Source of the DNA: a virus | Taxonomy: Duplodnaviria > Caudoviricetes | Length of the DNA stretch: 54,410 nucleotides | Reading direction: 5' to 3' (one strand) | Virus record (IMG/VR): IMGVR_UViG_3300044739_000092 | Location: 1-54,410 of that record | Part shown: piece after piece, positions 46,622-54,410 of the stretch | How the letters are laid out: every line of letters begins with the position of its first letter | How positions within the stretch are numbered: the first letter of the stretch is position 1 | Position numbers and translations under genes: made by a program | Notes under the pieces: generated by a model | The model's database searches: none | Told to the model about the DNA's origin: nothing | Seen by the model: only the letters and a program-made list of their open reading frames with translations

Positions 46622-48255
46622 CCGCGCCCACCGAACCCCCCGCCCCGGCGCCCGAGGTGTCGAGGCCCCGCCCTACCGTGTCCCGGACGCCCCGCCCGTC
46701 GCGTACCAAGCGGCGGGCCATCGCCGTGCCTGTGCTCCTTGCCGGCGGTCTGCTCGCGTTGGTTGCGTCGCAGGGCGGTTGGCTGCTGCTCCTCGCGGCG
46801 GCGGGTGGTACGGCTGCGGTGGGCGGCGGCCTGTGGGTGTCGGCTCGGCGACGTGCCGGGATGCGGTCGGGTCGTGGTTCTCGTCGGCAGCAGCGGTTCC
46901 GGCGTCCTCAGCGGGCGCCGCGCCAGTTCGGCGGGTTCGCTCCCCGCCGCCCGGCCGCCGCGGGGATCCGTCACGTCGGCGGCAACGCCGGGCGCGGCAT
47001 GGGCCGGGCAGCTGGTCGCGCGGCGGGTGGTGTCGGTGCGGTCGGCCGTCGCGCTGCTGGTGCGGGCCGGGGCGCCGCGTCGCGCGTCGATGCGTCGGCT
47101 CGACGCGGCAAGCAGGCGGCCGGTTCGGTTGCGGCGTCTGGCCGGAAGAAGGCGCAGTCCGCGCTGCGGATCCCGGGCCGGTCGAGCACCGGGCGCCCCG
47201 CGAAGCCCGCGAGCTCGGCAGCTGGTCATCGGCCGTCGTTCGCCAGGGGCCGGAAGTCGGCCACGCCGCGCGCTACGGGCGCGGCGAGCAAGACCGGACG
47301 CTCGGGCCGCGGCGGCGGGTTCCGGATTCCCGGCATGTCGAGCGGCCGGACCGGTGGCCGCACTGGTGGCAGGGCAGGTGGCGGCCGGATGTTCGGCGGC
47401 AAGGCGACACCCCGCCGCGCCCCCGGCATGTCGGCCGGGCGTCTCGGCAACGCGGCGCGACGGCTCACCGGACGGACACGACCCGCCGCCGGTGCCACCC
47501 CAGGCGCCGGCACGGCACGGGCACCCGGGCAGCGCGTCCGTGGTGTTCGGGGTGTCCTCGGCCGGACACGCGGTCGGCTGACCGGACGCCCCGCGCCGAC
47601 ACGGACACGGACACGACGCAAGGTGACACCCGGCAAGACGACCCAGGCACCGACGCTGACACGGCGCGCCGCCCGCCGAGCCATGACAGCCACCCGGGCA
47701 GGTGCCCTGCGGACCGGACGCGGCACCCGATCACTCGCCCGACGCATAGCCCGCCGCCTGTGGAACGCCCCCGCCGCCGCTGTCACCGCACTCACCGGAC
47801 CCGCCTACCCCCGAACCCCGGCCGCCACCCTCGGCACCCCACCTGTCACCACCCCGGCCGCCACTGCCAGGCCGACACCGCAACTCGCCACCGCTGGAGG
47901 ACCCGCCATGTCCCACCCCGCCATCGACCCATCCGTCGAAGCCGCGAACAGCCTCGGCGGCTACGAATTCCGCCACATGAGCGACATCCGGAACTTCACC
48001 TCCGCCGCCCCCGAATCCATCGCCGCCCTCGCCGCCGCCTACGCCGCCGTCGCCAACCGGCTCGCCGACACCCCCGCCGCATCCGGTGTCGCCGAGGTGT
48101 ACTCCCAGATCGCCGGCAGCCTCTCCGCCTCCGCCGACACCGCCGGGGAAGCCTCCGGGCTCCTTGCCGCCGCGAACCAGGACGACTTCCAGCGCATCGA
48201 CAACCCCCGCCCCAACGAGGGCATGGCCGACTACGGCCCCAACGCCGCAGGCTGA
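46618..48255 (+). CDS. Arg/Gly-rich membrane protein with a TraA-like C-terminal domain
   Basis: Two N-terminal TMs, long basic low-complexity region, helical C-domain ending RIDNPRPNE..AD...N; directly upstream of traB. Confidence 0.65.
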   Translation: MTAPTEPPAPAPEVSRPRPTVSRTPRPSRTKRRAIAVPVLLAGGLLALVASQGGWLLLLAAAGGTAAVGGGLWVSARRRAGMRSGRGSRRQQRFRRPQRAPRQFGGFAPRRPAAAGIRHVGGNAGRGMGRAAGRAAGGVGAVGRRAAGAGRGAASRVDASARRGKQAAGSVAASGRKKAQSALRIPGRSSTGRPAKPASSAAGHRPSFARGRKSATPRATGAASKTGRSGRGGGFRIPGMSSGRTGGRTGGRAGGGRMFGGKATPRRAPGMSAGRLGNAARRLTGRTRPAAGATPGAGTARAPGQRVRGVRGVLGRTRGRLTGRPAPTRTRTRRKVTPGKTTQAPTLTRRAARRAMTATRAGALRTGRGTRSLARRIARRLWNAPAAAVTALTGPAYPRTPAATLGTPPVTTPAATARPTPQLATAGGPAMSHPAIDPSVEAANSLGGYEFRHMSDIRNFTSAAPESIAALAAAYAAVANRLADTPAASGVAEVYSQIAGSLSASADTAGEASGLLAAANQDDFQRIDNPRPNEGMADYGPNAAG

Positions 48256-48270
48256 GGAAGGACAACAACC

Positions 48271-50403
48271 GTGCGCGAGTCCGAACGGCAGCGGATCGTC
48301 GCCGAGGAGACCGCCGACGAATGGCCCTACGAGGCCTGGTCGAACCCCGTCAGCGCGATGCTCGGCACGTACCTCCTCGGCGTCCTGCTGCACATGGCGG
48401 ACGTGTCACCGTGGTGGCCGCTGCTGACCGGGCTCGCTGTCACCGTCACGTGGGTCGGCTGCACCGTGTCACTCGGCACCAAGGACCTTGGTGTCGGGTA
48501 CGCGGCGGCAGTGTCCCTGTCGGTGACAGGGTGGCTGACATGGGCCGCCGGACACCCGACACTCGACATCCGGAACTGGCCTGTCACCCGCGACTCGTGG
48601 TGGATCCTCGCCACCGCCACCGCCATCCTCGCCGTCGTGTGGGGTGTCCTCATCCGGCAACGCGCGAACGCTGTCGCTGACGTGGCCGACCGTCTCCGCG
48701 GTGTCACCGGACAGGGCGACAGTTGGGAAGACGCCTGCCGGCAGGCCGGGATCGCCGGCTGGGAGTACGAGTCGCAGGAGACGACACCCGGCGGCATGAA
48801 GGTGACGATGCGGATCCGCCCGGGTGGCACCACGTACCGGCAGGCCCTCGGCTCGGTGGAACGGTTGGAGTCGTGCGTCGAGGCCCCGTACCACGGCGCG
48901 GTGCGAATCGAGAAGGGCGCGAACGCCGCCCGGGCGGTCATCGTGTGGAACGAGCGGAACATGCTCGCCGAGGTCCTGCCGTACCCGGACGACATGTCGC
49001 CGACGGACATCGTGAAGCCGATGACGACCGGCATGTTCGAGGACCGCATCCCGGCGACCGTCACTTACGCGTACCGGTCGAGCCTCACCCTGGGGCAGCG
49101 GGACGGCGGCAAGAGCAACGAGAACGCGGTGAAGATCGCGAACCTCGTCCGCGCCCCCAACGTCCTCATCTGGCTGTCGTGTTTCAAGCAGGGCTCGGCC
49201 GCGAAGCCGTGGCTGGCCCCGTACGCCGCCGGGCAGGCCGCCGCGCCCGCCCTCGACTGGGTGACCGTGTGCACCCCCGCCGACATGGCTGGTGTTGAAG
49301 CGCAACTCGACGCGCTCGACCGGATCGGGAACGAACGCGCCCGACGGCGCACCAGCGACAAGATCGTGCCCACCCCGGAGCAGCCCGCGATCCGCCTCAA
49401 CATCGACGAAATCGCCGACCTGCTGGCCGACCCGCGGAACTACCGCATCGCCGCGAAACTCGTCCTCGTCCTGCGTAAGCACAGGTCAGAGGGCATCGAC
49501 CTTGATCTTGCTTCCCAGCGGGGCACCATGTCGTTCCTCGGACAGTGGGCCCGCGACATCGCCTCCCAGGTCAGCATCGTCAACGTGTTCAAGGTCGACA
49601 ACCCCGCCGAGGTGTGGAACGCCCTCGGCTTGGACCGGTCCCGGATCGGCGGCATCGACCCGTCCACATTCGAGTACCAGGGCACGATGCTCACCGTGGC
49701 GCCCGGCGCCCGGATCGCGCCGCAGAAGGTGTTCCGCATCAACCACGACGACCCCCTCGCCGTCCCCAAGCTGGCGGCTGCCGGCGCCGCGCACCGGCCC
49801 CAGCTCGAGCAGTCGGCTGTGGCGGCGGCGGGGCCGCAGTACGCGCGCCGTTGGCAGACCGACCAGGTCCGGGCCCTGCTGGTGGATGCGGCGCGGATCG
49901 TCGGCGGCCAGTATCAGCCCGCGCACGTTCCCGCCGTCGGCCACGCGACCGTCCCCGCCTCGGTCCCCGTGCAGGTGGCGGGTCCGCCGCGGTTGCGTGC
50001 CGTGCCGTACCTCGACCCCACCAGCAGCGTCCCCGTCGAACGGCAACTCGGCCTCCACAAGATCGACGGCCGGCAGATCCTCGTTGACCAGTTCGGGCCG
50101 GTGGAGGGCGAGAAGGCGTGGCAGTTCGCGCAGGGCTACAACCTGCTCGTCGAGGCCCGCCGGATCCTCGCCGCCACCCCCGACCGGGCGTTGCCGACGC
50201 GGGACCTCCTCGACCAGTTGGCGTTGCGGCCGAAGTGGGACGGGCTCACCCCGGAACGCCTCGCCGAGCTCGTCCGCCCGCACGGCGTGAGGCCTGACCA
50301 GCTGGGGGCGTCGCGGTTCCCGGGGAACCCGCGCGGCTACCGCCTCTCCAGCGTCGAGGAGGCGCTGCGGCAGCCCGCCGAGGACTCCCCGACACCGGCG
50401 TAG
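48271..50403 (+). CDS. traB: TraB-type FtsK/SpoIIIE conjugative DNA translocase
   Basis: Four N-terminal TMs, Walker A GQRDGGKS, Walker B LNIDE, R.EGI..LASQR, C-terminal wHTH-like LAELVRPHGV...NPRGY. Confidence 0.85.
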   Translation: MRESERQRIVAEETADEWPYEAWSNPVSAMLGTYLLGVLLHMADVSPWWPLLTGLAVTVTWVGCTVSLGTKDLGVGYAAAVSLSVTGWLTWAAGHPTLDIRNWPVTRDSWWILATATAILAVVWGVLIRQRANAVADVADRLRGVTGQGDSWEDACRQAGIAGWEYESQETTPGGMKVTMRIRPGGTTYRQALGSVERLESCVEAPYHGAVRIEKGANAARAVIVWNERNMLAEVLPYPDDMSPTDIVKPMTTGMFEDRIPATVTYAYRSSLTLGQRDGGKSNENAVKIANLVRAPNVLIWLSCFKQGSAAKPWLAPYAAGQAAAPALDWVTVCTPADMAGVEAQLDALDRIGNERARRRTSDKIVPTPEQPAIRLNIDEIADLLADPRNYRIAAKLVLVLRKHRSEGIDLDLASQRGTMSFLGQWARDIASQVSIVNVFKVDNPAEVWNALGLDRSRIGGIDPSTFEYQGTMLTVAPGARIAPQKVFRINHDDPLAVPKLAAAGAAHRPQLEQSAVAAAGPQYARRWQTDQVRALLVDAARIVGGQYQPAHVPAVGHATVPASVPVQVAGPPRLRAVPYLDPTSSVPVERQLGLHKIDGRQILVDQFGPVEGEKAWQFAQGYNLLVEARRILAATPDRALPTRDLLDQLALRPKWDGLTPERLAELVRPHGVRPDQLGASRFPGNPRGYRLSSVEEALRQPAEDSPTPA

Positions 50404-50490
50404 CACCCGCTATAGCGGGCCCGTAGCGCCCCACCCGGGGGCCCGCTACGGGGCGTCCCGCTACGGCCCCCGCTACTGGCCCGCTACACC
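50398..50490. repeat. clt-like locus of 8-bp CCCGCTAC repeats
   Basis: Perfect copies at 50442, 50457, 50469 and 50480; palindrome CCCGCTATAGCGGG at 50406-50419; inverted GTAGCG at 50423. Confidence 0.8.
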
Positions 50491-50546
50491 CGGCTTGGCC
50501 TGCGAGGTAGCACCCACATGACCGCATCGGAGAAGGGGGGCCAACC

Positions 50547-51149
50547 GTGGCTCGGAGACGTCGTTCCAGACGGCGCCGCAGTGACGCGAGGGTGGTGCTC
50601 GCCCTGGGCGGTCTGATGGCCGTGTACTGGGGTCTGTTGCAGGCGTACCGGTGGGTGCTCGGGCACCGGGTCACAGCGGCCGGGATTGGCGCCGGGGTGG
50701 TGGCCGTCGGCGTGTTCGCGTTGCGGGTGTGGTGGCGTCGTCGTCGCGGCCGGAGGGCGGCGGTGCGGCGTCTGGCCTCGTTGGGTGATGGGACGGGGAA
50801 GGCCGCGGAGGAGCTGGTCGCCGAGTTGCTGCGCCGGGACGGTTGCACCGGCGTGGAGGTGCGCGGCGGGGGTGGTGATCTGGGTGCGGATGTGACGGGG
50901 ATGTTGCCGGGTGGTGGCCGGGTTGTGGTGCAGGTGAAGGACTACGCGAAGCCGATCGGTAGCCCGGCGTTGCAGACGTTCAATGGGACGTGTTGGGCGG
51001 AGCATGGGGCGGATGTGGCGGTGTTCGTGACGACGTCCAGCTTCACCAGTGCCGCGGTGGCGTTCGCTGGCCGGTCGGGTATCGAGTTGGTGGATGGGGC
51101 TGGGTTGGCGGCGTGGATGGGCGGGGAGTCGATGGGCTCGGCGGCGTGA
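50547..51149 (+). CDS. Membrane-anchored Mrr-like restriction endonuclease
   Basis: Two TMs, then E..VA.LL, GGGGDLGADV, VVQVKDY, FVTTS.FT..A, LVDG. Confidence 0.85.
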   Translation: MARRRRSRRRRSDARVVLALGGLMAVYWGLLQAYRWVLGHRVTAAGIGAGVVAVGVFALRVWWRRRRGRRAAVRRLASLGDGTGKAAEELVAELLRRDGCTGVEVRGGGGDLGADVTGMLPGGGRVVVQVKDYAKPIGSPALQTFNGTCWAEHGADVAVFVTTSSFTSAAVAFAGRSGIELVDGAGLAAWMGGESMGSAA

Positions 51150-51153
51150 AGAC

Positions 51154-51203
51154 GTTAATTCCGGTTGACGGGGCGAGGCCCGATACGGTAAAGTCGAGTT
51201 GAC
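51154..51203 (+). promoter_or_regulatory. SigA/HrdB-type promoter with repeated operator-like boxes
   Basis: TTGACG(51165)-18-TAAAGT(51189); GTTAATTCCGGTTGAC and GTAAAGTCGAGTTGAC imperfect palindromes. Confidence 0.65.
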
Positions 51204-51233
51204 AGAAAGAGCCGAACGAGAGGACATCTCCCC

Positions 51234-51590
51234 ATGACCACCCGCTACGACCTCGATCCGGTCACCACCGACCCTCCGATGGCCTACACCACCACCGCTG
51301 GCGTCAAGATCGCCGACCTCGGCGAAGACGGCGCGTACCTGGCGATCGGACACCTCACCGCCGAGGGGATGGTGGCCGCCGTCATCGACATGCAGAACTA
51401 CCAGGGGACGAGACCCGACGAGGAGTTCAGCGACGCCGAGATGGCCGAGCTCGTCGTTCGCACCCGCGTCGTGTTCCACAACCCCCAGGAAACCGACGCC
51501 GAGGCCGACTACAACTGGTGGATCGAGACCGGCCCGGATGTCGAGGCCAGCCCGAACGCCCTCGACGTGACCATCTGGGACCCGTCATGA
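51234..51590 (+). CDS. Acidic hypothetical protein
   Basis: GAGGA RBS; first gene after the promoter. Confidence 0.7.
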   Translation: MTTRYDLDPVTTDPPMAYTTTAGVKIADLGEDGAYLAIGHLTAEGMVAAVIDMQNYQGTRPDEEFSDAEMAELVVRTRVVFHNPQETDAEADYNWWIETGPDVEASPNALDVTIWDPS

Positions 51591-51853
51591 CCACCGGCCG
51601 CGGCGCCCGCGTGTTCTCCGACGGCAAGGAGTGGACCCCGTGACCCCGACGACGCCGGGCGCTCCGACGACCACCGACCGGCGCGGGGAATGCCGGGAGT
51701 GCGGTCGCGTGATGACGCTCAAGGTGGACGGCACCCTCCGCCAGCACCGGAGTGACATCTGGGTCAACGGGCACCCGCTCCGCTGCTGCGCTGGTTCCGG
51801 TGCCCTCCCGGCCCCCGCCGGTGGCACGCGCGCCGCCGACCGCGACACCGCCG

Positions 51854-52054
51854 ATGGCTGATCCGCTGGCCGCGGTGAAAGCCGCCACCGACGCCCGCAC
51901 CCGAGGCATCCAACGCCTCGACACCCGCTGGCACACCGCGATCCGCGCCGCCGTCGACGGTGGACAGTCGCAGGCCGCCGTCGCCCGGGCAGCCGGCGTC
52001 ACACGAGCCCGGATCAACCAAATCATGCGCAACCGCGAGGAGGAACAGGGATGA
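51854..52054 (+). CDS. Small HTH protein
   Basis: IRAAVDGGQSQAAVARAAGVTRARINQI. Confidence 0.75.
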   Translation: MADPLAAVKAATDARTRGIQRLDTRWHTAIRAAVDGGQSQAAVARAAGVTRARINQIMRNREEEQG

Positions 52055-52344
52055 GCGCAGCGAGAACAGTCCACCGGCACAAGCTCGACCACGGCATCAA
52101 CAGGCTCCGCGTCCCCATGGGGTGGAGGTTCCTCAGCACGGCGGTGAGACCGCTCGAAGCGGAGCCGTCTGTTTGGCTGGAAGTTCCCGGAGGCTCTGGC
52201 GTCCCGATGGAGACCCTGGTCCTGGAATTCATCGGGACCGGGCACATCGTACCGGGCAACGCGGCCGAGTTCCTAGGCACCGCGATCGTCCCTATCGCAT
52301 CTCCCCTGGTGTGGCACGTGTACCGCATCGAGGAGGACCGATGA
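52051..52344 (+). CDS. Hypothetical phage protein
   Basis: GTGH.......FLGT......VWHVY pattern. Confidence 0.7.
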   Translation: MSAARTVHRHKLDHGINRLRVPMGWRFLSTAVRPLEAEPSVWLEVPGGSGVPMETLVLEFIGTGHIVPGNAAEFLGTAIVPIASPLVWHVYRIEEDR

Positions 52345-52853
52345 GCGGGCAAGCCTGGCCGACCCGCGAGGAGGTCGCGCAGGTGCTCGACTTCGACGAC
52401 TTCCCGAGCGGCGTGGCCCTGGAACTGATCGCGGCTCAGGTGGCGGCGCGGGAGAAGGCGGCAGCCGAGAAGGCATGCGAGACCGCGCGGGGCGAGGTCG
52501 AACGTCTGCGCGCCAGGCTTGCCCAGGCGACGGTGTTCACCCTGCTGCCGGACACCTCCCCGTACCCACCGCACCAGGACATCCACACCTGGGGCATCCG
52601 TGTGGAGCAGCGCGGCCCCGATTCGTGGGCCGTGGTTGAAAGGTCCTGGTGTCTCGACCGGGACGGCCACCGCGAGTACGAGTCGACGCCATCCGAGCGA
52701 ACAGACGACTTCAAGGCCAGATTCCGGTTCACCCTCGATGACGCATTCGACATCGCCGAGCGGGCACTGCCTAACATCCGGATCAACGGCGCGACAGCAG
52801 TCGAGGCAGCCGCGTGGGTTGCCGCCAGACAGGCCAGGGACCCGCGCGCATAA
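52341..52853 (+). CDS. Hypothetical phage protein
   Basis: VE.RG.D.WAV......CL..DG..EYE..PS.R.DDF.AR.RF. Confidence 0.7.
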   Translation: MSGQAWPTREEVAQVLDFDDFPSGVALELIAAQVAAREKAAAEKACETARGEVERLRARLAQATVFTLLPDTSPYPPHQDIHTWGIRVEQRGPDSWAVVERSWCLDRDGHREYESTPSERTDDFKARFRFTLDDAFDIAERALPNIRINGATAVEAAAWVAARQARDPRA

Positions 52854-52912
52854 CGCCCGCCTCAGGTGCTGCCGGTGATCGCTTACGAGAACTTGGCTTC
52901 CGGGTATCAGTG

Positions 52913-52941
52913 GAGTCACATAAGATAGGATTATGTGGACC
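52913..52941. other. lox/dif-like recombination site
   Basis: CACATAA-GATAGGA-TTATGTG inverted repeat with asymmetric 7-bp spacer, AT-rich, just upstream of the tyrosine recombinase start. Confidence 0.7.
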
Positions 52942-52953
52942 TAGGGGGACTCC

Positions 52954-53982
52954 GTGGAAGACCTGGACGCTGAACTGCTCCCCGCGGTACCCGACGCACC
53001 CCCAGGAAACATCGTCCACGCGGGGGAAATCGAGCGGGCCAACCGCTACCTCAAGCGCGCCAAGTCCGACGCCACCCACGGCGCCTACGCCCAGGACTGG
53101 GCCCGGTGGACAGAGTGGTGCGCCGAAACCGGCCGCGACCCAGGCGTCCCCGCGGACCCGTTCGCGGTCGTCGCCTACGTCACCGCTCTCGCCGACGCAG
53201 GCTCCCCGCCCTCCACGATCCTGCGCCGACTGTCCGGACTCGGATACGAACACCGTCGCCGCGGCCACGACTCCCCCGCCCGGCACCCCGCCGTGTCCGA
53301 GGTCATGTCCGGAATCCGCAACGTCGCCGCCGACGGCGGCCACCGCACCCGCCAGGCCGCCCCCCTCGACACCGCCACCGTGCGACTGCTCGTAGAGGAC
53401 ATGCCCACCGGACTGGCCGGCGCCAGAGACCGGGCCATGCTCCTCCTCGGCTACGGACTCGGACTCCGGTCACGGGAGATCGTCCGCCTCAGCGTCCGAG
53501 ACATCACCGACATCGGAGCCGGGGGCGTCGAAGTCTTCATCGCGCAGTCGAAGACCGACCAGGGAGGCGCCGGAGTCACGCTGGCCCTCCCCCGGTCACC
53601 GCGGGAATCCACCTGCCCAGCCCGCGCAGTCCTCGCGTGGATCGAGGCCGCCCAGCTCACCGACGGGCCGCTGTTCCGCAACATCGACCGACACGGCAAC
53701 CTCGTCCCGCCCGGACTGGACAGCCGCGGACGTCACCGCGGCGACCGGATGGCCCGAGAGTCGGTCGGCCGGATCATCCACCGCGCCTGCCTGAACGCCG
53801 GGATCCTGTCCGGAGGATTCTCCGCTCACTCGCTGCGGCGCGGCTTCGCGACCACGGCGTACCGCATCGGCAAGGACGAGAAGGAGATCAGCCGCACCGG
53901 CAGATGGCGCCACCTGCCCACCCAGCGCCGATACGACGCGAGCAGCCGGTGGGAGAAACCAGCTGGCGGACTGGACCTGTAG
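52954..53982 (+). CDS. Cre-like tyrosine recombinase/resolvase
   Basis: SAM-like N-domain (T..AY..DW..W..WC), RDRAMLLLG...LRSRE, SKTDQ, HSLRRG, GRW, RY. Confidence 0.92.
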   Translation: MEDLDAELLPAVPDAPPGNIVHAGEIERANRYLKRAKSDATHGAYAQDWARWTEWCAETGRDPGVPADPFAVVAYVTALADAGSPPSTILRRLSGLGYEHRRRGHDSPARHPAVSEVMSGIRNVAADGGHRTRQAAPLDTATVRLLVEDMPTGLAGARDRAMLLLGYGLGLRSREIVRLSVRDITDIGAGGVEVFIAQSKTDQGGAGVTLALPRSPRESTCPARAVLAWIEAAQLTDGPLFRNIDRHGNLVPPGLDSRGRHRGDRMARESVGRIIHRACLNAGILSGGFSAHSLRRGFATTAYRIGKDEKEISRTGRWRHLPTQRRYDASSRWEKPAGGLDL

Positions 53983-54410
53983 TGAGCGACCTGGACCCGG
54001 ACGTACCCGCGTGCTGGTCGTGGCCCATCCACCCGGAGGACCGAGCGAGCGTCGCGAAGAACGGCACCGAAGGGCTCCGGCGGTGGCACACGTGGACGTG
54101 CGGGCTGTGCGGGAAGGCGAGTCTTCCGCTACGGGGTATCCGGACCGACGAGCTGGTGCTCGACCACGATCACGACACCGGACTCGCCCGGGGCTACCTG
54201 TGCCGGTCCTGCAACCGGCGAGAGACGTACGGGCGCGGCGCATTCGACCTGTGGCGTAGCTGTCCGTCCGCGGCGCTGTTCGGGCTGATCTTCGAGTACG
54301 ACCTGCCGCAGTTACAGGCGTCCGACTACGACGTGGCGGCGACGGTCGGGTCGTGGACCCAGTTCCCGCGCCGGCCGTCCCCGTGGGAACGGTTGCGGGA
54401 GGTGGGTTAG
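53982..54410 (+). CDS. Endonuclease VII domain protein
   Basis: CGLCG...LVLDHDHDTGLARGYLCRSCN. Confidence 0.85.
   Translation: MSDLDPDVPACWSWPIHPEDRASVAKNGTEGLRRWHTWTCGLCGKASLPLRGIRTDELVLDHDHDTGLARGYLCRSCNRRETYGRGAFDLWRSCPSAALFGLIFEYDLPQLQASDYDVAATVGSWTQFPRRPSPWERLREVG

Larger units (their letters stand above)
1210..54410. mobile_element. Temperate siphovirus-type prophage carrying a TraB conjugation cassette; right end lies beyond the window
   Basis: Integration, immunity, replication, packaging, head, tail and lysis modules in canonical order. Confidence 0.95.

Noticed and set aside
48271-50403. FtsK ATPase as a type VII secretion EccC or a packaging ATPase
   Set aside because: Single ATPase domain with TMs and a wHTH-like tail, Spd-like neighbours and octamer repeats fit TraB; a terminase is already present
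50398-50490. Repeat cluster as a CRISPR array
   Set aside because: Units are 8 bp with 3-7 bp gaps, and no cas genes are present
52954-54410. Tyrosine recombinase marking attR or the prophage end
   Set aside because: No 3' half of xth and no return to host genes within the window; the protein is Cre/resolvase-like with no arm-binding domain
1-54410. tRNA/rRNA genes
   Set aside because: No cloverleaf or rRNA-like sequence noticed in the few intergenic gaps; a tRNAscan run would be decisive

Overview
High-GC actinobacterial DNA. The first ~1.2 kb is host sequence: a SAM-dependent methyltransferase and the 5' part of an exodeoxyribonuclease III (xth) gene. The rest is one apparently intact temperate siphovirus-type prophage inserted into xth (left junction ~1210; right junction not in the window). 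Module order: large serine integrase; repressor/Cro switch; early genes (YqaJ/RecT, RuvC-like, WhiB-like, C5 methyltransferase, HNH, iteron-containing replication protein); WhiG/FliA-like sigma factor; packaging and head genes; an unusual carbohydrate-active fibre cluster inside the head module; tail; lysis. After lysis comes the most striking part: a Streptomyces-plasmid/AICE-type conjugative transfer cassette (RHH regulator with operators, DUF2637/Spd-like membrane proteins, TraA-like protein, FtsK-type TraB, 8-bp clt-like repeats, membrane-anchored Mrr nuclease), then a Cre-like tyrosine recombinase with a lox/dif-like site. The leading hypothesis is a phage-conjugative element hybrid able to spread both as virions and hypha-to-hypha. 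All family calls come from motif recognition by eye; no database searches were run.
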